DNA from: Takakia lepidozioides
Taxonomy: Eukaryota; Plantae; Bryophyta
Length of the DNA stretch: 64,000 nt
Assembly: GCA_030704615.1 (NCBI GenBank)
Contig: CM060731.1
Span: forward strand, 18,848,001-18,912,000
Reading direction: 5' to 3'
Positions 35,463 through 47,400 of this stretch are shown piece by piece (the stretch's first letter is position 1; the number at the start of each line of letters is the position of its first letter). The notes beneath the pieces are model-generated. The model saw nothing but the letters and a program-made list of their open reading frames with translations. It did not search any database and had not been told where the DNA came from. Both the position numbers and the translations under genes were made by a program.

Positions 35463-37504
35463 AAATGTAGAAGGTTTGATTTGAGAGAGAAAAGGACGAA
35501 GCTTACACCAAGCTCCACATATTGTCTGCCAAGCCTGCGAACCTATCTTGGGGTACGTATTTGAATTGCCCGCTTGTACAGTCCACCGCAGATAGGCTGG
35601 CCACAAAGGGCTGGTACAAGGAGTAGCTGCAACAAGGTGATGTCTCACCAAGACAGCTCCAAGGGCTTGAGAGGTCTTGGCACCCATTTGGCAAGCAACG
35701 CCATAATTTGAGCCTGCGGGTCCAGAACGCCAAGGCCACCGTACTTCTTTTTTTGACAAATCTGAGCCCAGCTTATAAGGCCCATTTGTTCTGAGAGGCA
35801 TCAGTAGCTCCCCAAATGAAATTCCTCACCGAAGTTTTAACGTGCTTCATTATGGGAGACCCAGACGACCACACTGAGGCAATAATTAGCCACATGGAGG
35901 CCAAAAGGATTTGATTAACAACCAAGGCCCTTCCCACCACTGATAAGTGCAAAGAGCTCCAATATGAGAGCTTCTTTTTAAGCTTGGATAGAACAGCAGA
36001 CATTCTGATATCATCAGTGAGGCCATGTCCAATTTGATGCCCCAACAATTCGTAAGATTGTCCATCATTCAACCATCGAAGATCCCCAAGGATTACAATG
36101 ATTAGCCACAGATGGATCCGAAAGGTGGCTCAAAAGCCCAACCGATTTCTTCCAATTAACATTCAGACCAGACGCCTGATAGAATCATGTAGAAAGGGAA
36201 TTGAGGGTGGAAAACACATTAGAATCAGTGTTGTTGTCAATGAACAACGAGGTATCGTCCGCATATAGCGAGGACTACTGGAGGAGGCAGGATCTGCACA
36301 AAAGAGTCAGGAAGAACTAGGCCCAAGGAATTCCATCAAATGTCCCAGCCCATCTGCAACAATAAGGAATAGAAAAAGGGCAAAGTGGGCAACCTTGCGT
36401 TACTGACCTGAAAAGGGGAAAAGATTTGGATACCACCCCATTGATTATGACTCTACTAGAAGCAGATGACATGATACTAATCCACTTGAGAAAGTTTCCC
36501 CCCAAACTAGAGGCTCCCAGGGCACCCAGCAGATAACTCCAATTAATACTATCAAACGTTTTCTCAAAATCTAGCATCAGCAGGGCCAAGGGCTGATAAG
36601 CAGAACAAGCCAAATGCAAGGCTTCATTGGCCAGCAAAATATTATCCAAAATCATCATGTTTTTTAAGAACCCAGTCACGTTCTAGCCGAATGAGCTTAG
36701 GCAGAAGAGGCTGAAGCCGAATCGCCAAGGCCTAATTTTGTAAGATGAGTTGAGGAGAATGATAGGCCTGTAATTGGATAAGATATCACAATCTTCTTTC
36801 TTCTAAATTAGATTAATGAGCCCTTGCAAGAGCTCCGAGGGCATGATCCCCTTGCCAAGGAAGTCATCACTGATCACCTCCCACAAGGCCGGGAAAAACT
36901 CCACCGGGAGACCATCTAGGCCAGGCGATTAGAAGGAGCTTTAGGGCTTCAGTGGCCTGCAAAAGCTCAAGGGCAGAGAAAGGTCTTGAAAGGGCAGATT
37001 GCTCATCCGCAGAGATGAGTTTAGGAAACGAGTTGAGGACTTCTTGCGTGGTAACTGAGGAAAGAGGAGCATCCAGCTGCTTTGAGAACAAACTAGTGAA
37101 GTCCTCAGCCGCAACATTAGCCATGTCTTTGGGTTTATGCATAGAGCATCCGTTGGAATCAGTGATAGAGCTGAAGAGGGTAGCTTCGCGACTGTGCTTA
37201 GTTTTTTGAAAGAAGTAGCTAGTCATTTTTTTCACCTTTGAAAGACCAATTAACTCCCGCCTTGATGCGCATGAACTTCTCTTTCTCTGCAGATAATAAA
37301 GCCAAATTCCTTTTTGCAGAGAGGTAGGATTCCATGGTGAGAGGACCAACGATACTAGTTTCGATCCTTCTCGGGCAGTGCTTCAGGCACTTAGTAAGAG
37401 CTCTCTGCCTCTGGGATTTACCCAAGGCCAACGAGCGGGAAAGAGACTAGGCCAGCTTCCTTGTGGCTTGCAGCTTATGACCACCAGCCACCTCGTGACA
37501 TATT
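35463..37504 (-). mobile_element. Degraded L1-type LINE ORF2 (reverse transcriptase region)
   Basis: GEK..YFF, MILDNILLANE, MLDFEKTFDSINW, VTQGCPL, SLYADDT (~36270-36252), GRALVVNQIL, RNFIW. Confidence 0.85.
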
Positions 37505-40500
37505 TATTGAGTATTGGGAACATCGAACTAGTTCTTGGGAACAGTGAGATTTGAACTATACAATTGCCCGCCAAAAGTACTCTGATATACAGTGTGTGAT
37601 AGTTCTCTTCGCGTGTATCGATTTACTACCAGAGCAGGAACACGTTGTATGACACTGTATGCAGAAATGAGATGAGTGTGGAATCTAAGAGCGTTGAATG
37701 GTGATTGCATGTCTGATCAGATATGAATGTGTAGTGTGACAACGTTGATTGAATAGTGAAATTCACTAGGTTATGGGCCTTATCTTCATGCTGGTCGTCC
37801 GCTACGAACAAAGAGTCTGTTGAGAGTTTGTTTGTTGCTTGTAGTTAGTTTAGTCAAAGAATCATATGTTTTTCTTTGTTTTTGTTTTGCAGTACCAGAC
37901 ATGGATAGCAAAGATTTTTGTAATGTCAAAAAGTTCAATGGTCACAACTTTCAGATATGGAAGTATAAAAATGGAATCAGTCTTGTCCGGTCGAGACTTC
38001 ATGGATATTGTCACAGGTCGTTAGCAGAAGCAGCCGACGCAGTTGCTCGGCACCGCAAAGATATGCAAGCCAAAAGTGTTTTGACGCAAACGATTGATGA
38101 TAAGCTTCTCGTCCAATTGTTAAATTGCAGAACCTCAGCTCAAATTTGGTCACGCTTGATTCTTATCCATGAGCAGAAGCCCACTGAGGACATTTATCAT
38201 TTACAACACCAATTTTATGAGTGCAAGATGTCTCCAGGACAAGATATGGCTTCTTTCCTTGGTGAAGTAGACATCATAGTGTCAACTTAAAGATCTAGAT
38301 ACTGCTTTTGATGACAGCGCGGTCATGACCAAACTTATCTGCAATCTACCACCAGAATATGACAATCTCATCACAGCTTGGGATAACGTTACCAGGGAGC
38401 AACGCATTGAGGTTGCTAAAAGAAGAAACCAAGTTAAAGAGATGAAGGGAGCAGCAAACTTCTACGGACACCCGAGCATTCTATACCAAGCCAACTGTGA
38501 CCACAACTGTCAAGTCACAAACGCAACAACAATCGCATCAACAACCTGTTGGAAGCCGTGGGAGTTTTATACTCAATGGCAACGACAACCGTCTGGATCT
38601 TATTCAAATCAGTGGAAACCTGCAACTGTTTCAAATAGTGGGAGTAATTGGCAACCGAACGTTGCATGGAGAGGGCCACCTCCAACCCATATTGCTTGGC
38701 GGCCACCGCTCACCAACGAGCAATGTCAAGAAAGATCTATTATGATTGCAGAGCTCAAGAAGACTACCTGTTGCAACAATTGCGATAAGGAAGGTCATTG
38801 GGCTAGAGAATGCCCTGACCCGCCCAAACAATTTCAGTACATTGGTCAGTCTTCACAGAGTACTACCAGTCCAAGAGCATGGACCATAACTAGTTCTGTT
38901 GAGAGTCATCTCACCAACTGGTTTACAGACAGCGGTGCAACTCATCACATGACCTGCCGTCGAGAGTGGTTTACCAAGTTTACTCCTATAGCCGAAGGAC
39001 AATGGCCCGTTAAGGCTGCTTTTGCAGATGGCGGACGCAGTGATATTGATATGATAGTCAACAACAATGGCACAGAAGAACGAGCTGTGTTAGTGGATGT
39101 TCTTTATTGTTCGGGTCTCAAGAGAAATCTCTTTTCTATACTCCGAGCTGTCTCTAAACCAGGTATTTCAGTTACCTATACAAGCACAAATGTCTATTTT
39201 CTTCAGCACAATCATATCGCTCTTAGTGGTCATTTACATGGAGGTCTATGGAAACTCAACTTTGTTACCATTACTGCAACGATGAGTCATCTTGTTACAG
39301 AAGTAGCAGTCCTTCCCAATTGACACTGTACAGAGTCTAAAACTTTGGCATCATCGCCTTGGGTCATCTTAGTCATGGCATGATAAAACAGATGGTCAAT
39401 GAGCACATAGTAGAAGGGATTAAGTTTACAAATCCAAGTTCCACCATAGAGGTTTGTCATGGTTGTGGCTACGGCAAGCAGCATAGGACGTCGTTTCCTT
39501 TCAACATTTCTCGTACTAGAGTAGCCAAGCCTGGCATGCTTTTTCATAGTGATATTTGTGGACCGATGCCAGTTCCTTCTCTTGGCAAATCCCAATACTA
39601 TATCCTTTTCAAGGATGATCACTCCGGGTACCGCTTCATCTTCTTTGCTCAACACAAATCATAGGCTCTTTCTTGTTTTAAGCGAGTAGTACGCCACACC
39701 TTCAGAGATACAGGAAACAAAGTCCTTACCATACGGACTGACCAAGGAGGTGAATATATGAGTCATGATTTTGCACGCTTTTGTGAACAAGAAGACATCA
39801 TCTACGAATACACTGCAGCGTACAGCCCAGAGCAAAATGCTGTCTCTGAAAGGGATAATTGAACAATTGTTGAAGCCGCTCGGAGTATACTTCACTCAGC
39901 CTCACTTCCAATTCGTTTTTGGGCCGAAGCAATCGCTTTTGCAGTGCATGTACTCAACAGAACAGGCACTAGAACGCTCCCAGGAAAAACGCCTTATGAG
40001 GCTTGGTTTGGCATCAAAGCATCAGTGGCTCATATTCGAGTGTTTGGCTGTATAGCATTTGCACATATCCCTAAAGAACGAAGACACAAGTTGGATACTA
40101 AGAGCAAGAAATGTTTGCTGGTTGGATACAGTGATCACTGCAAAACCTACCGTCTTTGGGATATCATAGACAACAAAGTCATAGAGAGCCGCGATGTTCT
40201 ATTTTGATGAACATACTTACGGTGATGACGCTGAGGACGCAGATCATGATGAGGCTACATATGCTCGTTTGTTTTAGGATTTTCCTCCTACCCATGTACA
40301 ACAAGAATCCGTCCAAGTGACAGTACATACTCCTCCAGTAAGTCCTACGCATACTGCTCTTGCCCATATATTGCAGGTGCTAGAATCCGTCGAGGTGGTA
40401 GTACATACTCCTCCAACAAGTCCTGCTCATATATTGGAAGTTCCTGCAATACTAATTGTGACATCTGATGATGTTGACACATTTTGATGATCACATAGCA

Positions 40501-42141
40501 TCACCAACGGCGATTCCTCCTCGTTCCAGATTGCCCCCCACTAGATTCGGCGACTGGATATACCCAACTAATCAGAGTACCTATGCTTGCACATCAACTG
40601 TCGCTTCACTCCCATTACCACCAGAGCCTGCTGATTACTGGACAGCCATCAATTCCCCTCATCATGCTGAATGGATCAAAGCTATGGAGGAAGAATTTCA
40701 GTCTCTAATCCAAAATCACACTTGGGAGCTTTATGATCTTCCTACAGATCGGAACACAGTCAAGTGCAAATGGGTTTTCAAGCTTAAATTAGCCGTTGAT
40801 GGATCCATCTCACGATACAAAGCAAGACTTGTTGCTAAGGGATTTACGGAGAGGGCTGGTATCGATTTCTTAGAGACTTTCTCACCTGTAGTGAGATATG
40901 ATTCCATACGGACTATTTTGTCAATCGCAGCAGTACACGACATGGACATCACCCAATTTGATGTTAAAACTACTTTTCTCCATGGAGATTTAGCAGAGGA
41001 AATCTTCGTGGATCAGCCTTTAGTGTTCATAGATCCGACAACCCCTAAGCAAGTGTGTTGACTCAAAAGTCTATCTACAGCCTTCGACAGGCTTCTCGAG
41101 CATGGAACAAGAAGTTCGACTCTTTCTTGACTAAATATGATCTCACAGCAAGTGATGTCGATCCTTGTGTTTATTTTAGCAGCAAAGGCACAAATCTGAT
41201 CCTCACTATCTTTGTTGATGATGGTCTAGCCTGCAGTGTCAAAACAGAGAAGGTGACAGATGTTCTTAATTTCATGGGTGAAGCTTTCACTATCACCAAG
41301 AATGCGGCAAGAATGATCCTGAAGTCTATGTAGGGCTTCACTTGGTTAGTAATCGAATTCATTGCCAGATTTCTATTGACCAAGACAGATACGTCCAAAA
41401 GATCATTTTAGACTTCAGACTTGTCGATGCAATCCAGTCTCCGTGCCAGCTGATCCGGCGAGCCATCTGGTATCTTTTTCCACTGCTGATGATGAACCTG
41501 CAACTTCGTTTCCCTACAAAGAGTTGGTGGGCAGTTTAGTATCTTGCTATGTGCACGAGACCGGACATTTCATATGTTGTCAATAATGCAGCCAAATTCT
41601 CTGCCAATCCGACACAGATACACTGCATGGCTCTGAAGAGAATCTTGAAGTACTTGATTGGCACACCACACATGGCGATATGCTATGGTCCAACACCACA
41701 GATCAACACTTTGGTAGCCTTTTGTGATGCAGATTATGCTATGATCTTGATGATCGCAAATCCAGATCTGGCTACGTGCTATTACTTAATGGGGGCCCTG
41801 TTGTGTGGGGAAGCAGAAAACAAGTCTGCACAACAAGTAGCACCACAGAGTCAGAGTATATTGCTGCATTTGTAGCGGCAAAAGAGATTCTCTGGACTCA
41901 TAGGCTGCTTCACAGTCTTGGAGTTTCGCAGAAGGAACCTACTCTATTGTTCTCTGACAACCAGAGTGCTATACGTCTAGCATACAATCCTGAATATCCC
42001 AAGAGGACAAAACATTTGGACGTTGCATATCATGTCATCAGAGAAAATCAAGAGAAAGGGGAGCTCAAAGTTCTATATGTCCCTACCAATTCACAAATCG
42101 CTGATTTATTCACGAAGGCACTTCCAGTACACACCTTCTAA
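37505..42141 (+). mobile_element. Ty1/copia retrotransposon, degraded; putative 5' LTR ~37505-37768; 3' LTR missing
   Basis: PBS GGTTATGGGCC at 37769. gag KFNGHNFQIWK and CNNCDKEGHWARECP; protease WFTDSGATHHM; integrase HSDICGP, FKDD, RTDQGGEY; RT KARLVAKGF, QFDVKTTFLHG, IFVDD; RNase H SSTTESEY, DNQSAI, KHLDV, ADLFTKAL. Confidence 0.93.
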
Positions 42142-42250
42142 GCTGATCCATGGATGTCATCAATATATGAAGCAAGGTAATATGTTTGTTGGCTCTCTTG
42201 TAGAGAGAGACTTTGCGGAGACATGCAAGTCAATGGAGGAAATGTGGTCA
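42140..42250 (+). pseudogene. Possible third PPR fragment at the copia truncation point
   Basis: KLIHGC....GNMFVGSLV....CKSMEE resembles GK-IH...DVFVGSSLVDMYAKCGSMEDA. Confidence 0.4.
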
Positions 42251-42418
42251 AAGTATCTTACCCCGTGAGGTGCTGATTGGTGTGTTGTGCTGAGTCATGC
42301 TCCCTAGTCTTACCTTCCTCTTACATTGTGCCAAAGCAAATCTTATGTTGTGCCGAAGCAAAGCAAGAGAGCCAATTGCCGGCTAGGCTTATTTGTGTTG
42401 TGTTGTTTTTTGTAGCAT

Positions 42419-43090
42419 GGAGATCTCCCAAACCACGGGCCCTAGCCCTGGTGCTTAATTGGTACCGTTGGAAAGCCCTCGATGATGACGAGGGGTGCAC
42501 CGACTTTGTCTCATGATTTTTGGACATGTAGTGTGGGAGATGTGGAATTTCAAGTACTTTTGGTCGCCGGAAATTCGTGAAAAATAGCAAAGTGGGCTTT
42601 CTTGGAACAATTATTGGCCCTTCATTTGTCTTTTGTGATGTGGACGTAAATATAAATTGGGTTTTTTTTTTAAATATTGGCGTTCACAATATTGTTTGTG
42701 GTGTCGCTGAGATCTCCCAAACCGTGGGGCGTTTGGCCACGATTTTAGTACCGTTGGGAAGCCCTTGATGAGTAGGGGTGCACTGACTTGGTTTCACAAA
42801 ATCTAGACTATAGGCCGAGACTTATGGAATTATAAACAATTTTGGTAGCTGAAAATCCAACTAAATTACAAAAGCAAGTGTTGGAAAGACACTAGAGGTT
42901 GCAGTTGGGCTTAAATAGATGCCAGGATATTGGTACGGTTGGAAAGCCCTCGATGAGTAGGAGTGCACCGACTTGGGTTCACAAAATTTGGACCTACAGG
43001 CCAAGAATTATAGAAACACGAACAATTCTGGTCACTGAAAATTCAATTACATTACAAAAACAAGTGTTGGAATGACAATGGAGGTCGCGC
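42419..43090. repeat. Three diverged direct repeats with core GTACCGTTGGAAAGCCCTCGATGA..GGTGCACCGACT; probable DNA-transposon subterminal array
   Basis: Core at ~42462, ~42748 and ~42933; downstream portions are also colinear. Confidence 0.75.
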
Positions 43091-44472
43091 TTGGATGCAT
43101 AGGAGATGGCACTTGGGCTTAAACGGGCCTTAACCTAGGAGACGCACTTGGATACATAGGAAATTGCCCTTGGTCTTAGATTTCAATTTTTCACACACGG
43201 GCCAACATCACAGACTACCTTAGTTTTATATGGCTCAGAACATTGAAATTTGGATTATATATATAGAAGTGTGCTTGATGGGTCTATTGATTCAAACCAT
43301 ACCCTTCCAGGGCTTCTTTCAAGCTATTAAAGGCTCTACAACATCAAGTTCAACCCAAAAAAAATGACATATAGCCATGTTGGGTGCATGTATGAACCAC
43401 ATAAGGGACCAGCGTACACCTTGTCACTAAGCCATACAAGGAACACCCGCGCCGAAGGGGTGCATGGACCCAACTTGTTGCCAACTGATTTAAGGCATTA
43501 TCAAAGCTAGTGCTCAACTAGAAATCCACCCTATATAAAAAACGTTCTATTCAAGTAAATTATGGCTTCAGAAGATTTTTTTATTTTTTTTAAAGAGGGA
43601 GGGAGGAGATATTTAAGGAACTTGTCAAGCCATAATAGGGGCTTCTACCCTAGCTATACCACAGTTGAATTTTAGTCGAGGATTTGCCCTATGTGTCTGG
43701 AAACATTATCTGGATGGCGTAGAATGAGTCCCAGCAAACAATGTTTACTGGTAATGAAAATTGAGGCATGTAAGGGTTTTAATTTTTTTCCCTTCAATAA
43801 TCCTCAATAAAACTCTTAAGGGCTTCCTCCAAAAAAATAAAATAAAAAAAATAAAATCTCAAAAAACCAATATTTGGTCTCAAAGGAAATCCCAAATGTA
43901 CTAGAAAGCAAGTTTCTTTCATTATAATATTTACAGGCCTCATACCACCAATTCCAGAAGAACTTCCAGACATCTCTCCCAATCCATGGAGGGAGTTCAA
44001 CACACAGACTGGTAAGCCCGGTACTTCCATATAATGAGCAGTGGACTGGAACCAAGAAAAGTCCCGATCTGTCACTTTAAGAACAATCCTTTCCTTGCAG
44101 ATGAGGAACACACCCCACATAGAAAGTCCTTTAAAAAAACAAAAAAACCTTCTACGGAGTGGGATCAAAACTGGTGATTGTATAGATGCGAACAAAATAC
44201 ATGACCGTAACAGATTACAATGCAAGATACAATTTAATCATCCCTGTTCTGAAACCCAGGATGCCTCACTGACCAACTAATTTGCAACACTATGCCCACC
44301 TGCTCTCTCCTGGTTACACTGAGATGGTGTGTGATTCACTTGGAATAAACGAGAATATCCAAAAACCTACCAGTTTACCTCCAAATAGATGAATTGGGAT
44401 CTTACCCTTCCTAATTGAGCACCCCACCTGCTTAAGTAGTCACATGTGAGCAGAAAACAACAATTTTGATCA

Positions 44473-47400
44473 CTACAAACCTGCAGGGAAGTTATTGACC
44501 TGGCCTTGCTCCAGGACACTCTGCCCATTGGCTTTGAAGCTTACTCTCAACTTCATGACCAAAGGTTTCTGCAGACACACAGCTCGGTGTTACAACGTAA
44601 CATAGGTGGTGGACGTGAGCCAGATCTGGTGTGACGGAAAGGAGGAAAGGAGACATATATAGCTTATTCTGGCTCTTCATTTTCATTGTTTGTCTGTTCA
44701 CCTAGGTCCGTCAATTTGGTGGTAGCATTTCTTCCACTGAAAGCATGATTTCACCTGCCATCTGGCAAGTGCCCTAGCCACCTGGGTATTTGTTGAAGAC
44801 TCCTGGGGGAGGTTATAGAGTGGAATAAGAATTGAAAAACGCTACCTGGCCATGCATACTGTTGGTCAAAGTAATCACTTGTGTCATCAAGCCGCTGCCA
44901 TTGGCAGGAAGAGTGCTGCTACTGGCAGGTTCCAGTTGCAGTTGCATGAACTGCGGAGAACAACATTCAAAAGCTGAGTCATTAGCTGTACATTAACACG
45001 TCGTATGCATAGCCTAAGGTCAGGAGACTAACATAACATGGGCAAAAAGTGGAAACCAAGCTCAAAAGATGGAGGGATCGTGAGAAAGTGTAAAATGTGG
45101 AAGGGCACTGGAACATTGGCGAATATAGGAGAGGGACGGATAGAGAGAGAGAGAGAGAGATGACTCCAGCTGTAGTAACTCAGCCACTTCGCCTTTGGGG
45201 TGGGCCTGATGGTCATGAGAACTAGGACACAGTTACAGCAAGAGAAAACACAATGGACAAAGAGATAGATGAAAAGGCAAGAGAGGAGAACCCTAGGAAG
45301 ACTACAGTCCACAACTACACTCACCTTCGGAACTGCTGCTTGAAAAATGAAATCTGTGTAGGGCATAGAAGTCATGTTGGTGTATGTGGCCTTAATGATA
45401 GTCGTCTGAGGAGACCCTGGAGGTTTTGTGAACTCAAATACCACCTTCAACCCGCTTGTTTGCAGTGCAACAATGGAAGCGAATTGTCCATTTTCTAGCA
45501 AAACACACCAAGGCATAAGATACCAGCAAATAGTTTGCAACACTAAAACATTCAAATTAGTGAACAGAGCGATCCACTAGCCACAAATGCTCACTGTTGT
45601 GGAATGCAACCAGAAAAAAGGAGTGCATGCATACCAGTTGCACACGCTTGCATTGATGGCATAGTTGGATCCAAACCAAGGGGGTCAGCATCAAGGAGAG
45701 AACCCCTTTGTTGCAGCCCATCAGTTAGATCAACATCAACAAGAGAACCGCGCTGGTTGGGAATGACATCCAATAAAGAGCTCCCCTGTAGAGGTAGGGC
45801 AGGGGTCGAGAGAGAGGACCGGGAGGATATAGAAGGAACAGGTGGGGTACCCAGCGACAAAAGGTCCAATAACATGTCCGCCCCTCCTGCAGAATGTTGT
45901 ACTGCAAAACGCCACATATCCCAAACCTCTTGAGAAAAGTGCGGAGGATAATAATCTAATCAAAAAATTATTCCGTAGCTTGCAGCCAGGGACCCCTCTC
46001 TCCTGGGTCGGAAGATGGGGAAGGTAGGGGACAAGAAGAGAGTAGAATGGAATCCTGAATATGCCTGCAGGAGGTCCATAGGACTCGAGGACAAAGTACA
46101 ACAACATGAAACCACTTCAAAAAATACCAAAAAATACCTGCAGACAATCTGCCTCATGAACTAACTTCAGCTACATTTTGTGACTATAGTGGGCATTCTG
46201 GGAGATTTAGACAGATCTGACTGAAGTCTTGCTTCTATAATCTGACTGACAGCCAGAGAGGGAAAATCCAGATGGTGCTTTCAGGCAACTGATAAACCTA
46301 CAGAAGCACAACTGGGAGTAACACATCGTACAAGTAGTCTTGTGCAAGGAGATAAAAAACAGGAAGAATTGCCAATCAGGTCTGCTGAAGCAAGCTGATA
46401 TTTGACTACCACAACCCTGCAACCAGACGAAGATGAAAGAGATCAATACCTGGAGACGTGATCACTTTTGAGGCAGATGTGGAGCTGGACCCTAACAAAT
46501 CCAGTAAAACATCCCCAGCAGATTTGGGGGGAGATGAGGGGTGCTCGTCAGTGTGAAAGCTAAGCAAATCCATTAGGTGATTTGTGGGTGCTGGTTGTTT
46601 TGCACCTCCATTAGAAAGCACTTCTGAAGTCCCCAGCGGAATAGTCTGTGTGTCAACTACCATATCCACACGCTTGGCAGAGTAGGTAGCTTCATCCAAC
46701 ACCGGCATCCTCTCTAGCAGTGCTGCTCTGCAGACAGCAAAACCCAGGACAACACTTAATATAACTTAAAAGGTCTGGGCTAGGGTAGTGTGCAGTTCGA
46801 GGCACTGGTTGGGCTGTCTCCCTCACTCTCCTGATAGGGGAGAGTTCTGCATAACTCTTTCCCACTGAGGCCTAGTGTATACTCAAAGGTGATCCTCAAC
46901 CTCCTCTTATGGACATGTAGGAAGTCAATGAAGCAAAGGCTCAGTGACATCTGTGTCGGACCATGTAATCACAGTAAACAGTACACTCCACAGGGCCATA
47001 GAGTGCTAAATCAAATTCATACAGCACAGCACAGCAAAAACTAAAAACACAACAAAAAGCCTAGAGGTCTTGATAGAAGGATGGCTGAAACCATGACTCT
47101 CAGAAAGAAGGTCTAGCAGATGGTAGGGGTACACGAACTTGATGTCTGCGTGCTTGGTAAGAATGGACCCAAACTCAATGGATCGCTGTTGCAACTCCAG
47201 AACAAGGCTCCCCTTGTACTCTGATATCAAGGCTTTGATACGCCTGCTTCCCAAAACGTTGCCAACAAAGTAAGTTGAACGAACAATATGGGCATGTGAA
47301 TAAGATTGAGAGGGACTGCTTCATCTGAAATAGTTACTGCACAGGCAAAGCACCTCTTGCAAAAGCACATAATACTCCACCAAGCAACAAAAACTTGAAA

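Noticed and set aside
19966-37504. L1 ORF1 (19966, +) and L1 ORF2 (35463-37504, -) as one element
   Set aside because: Opposite strands, 14 kb apart, no shared TSD seen.
43600-44100. Possible L1 3'-end fragment on the minus strand (W-rich VWKFFWNWW)
   Set aside because: Too degraded to support a call without a search.
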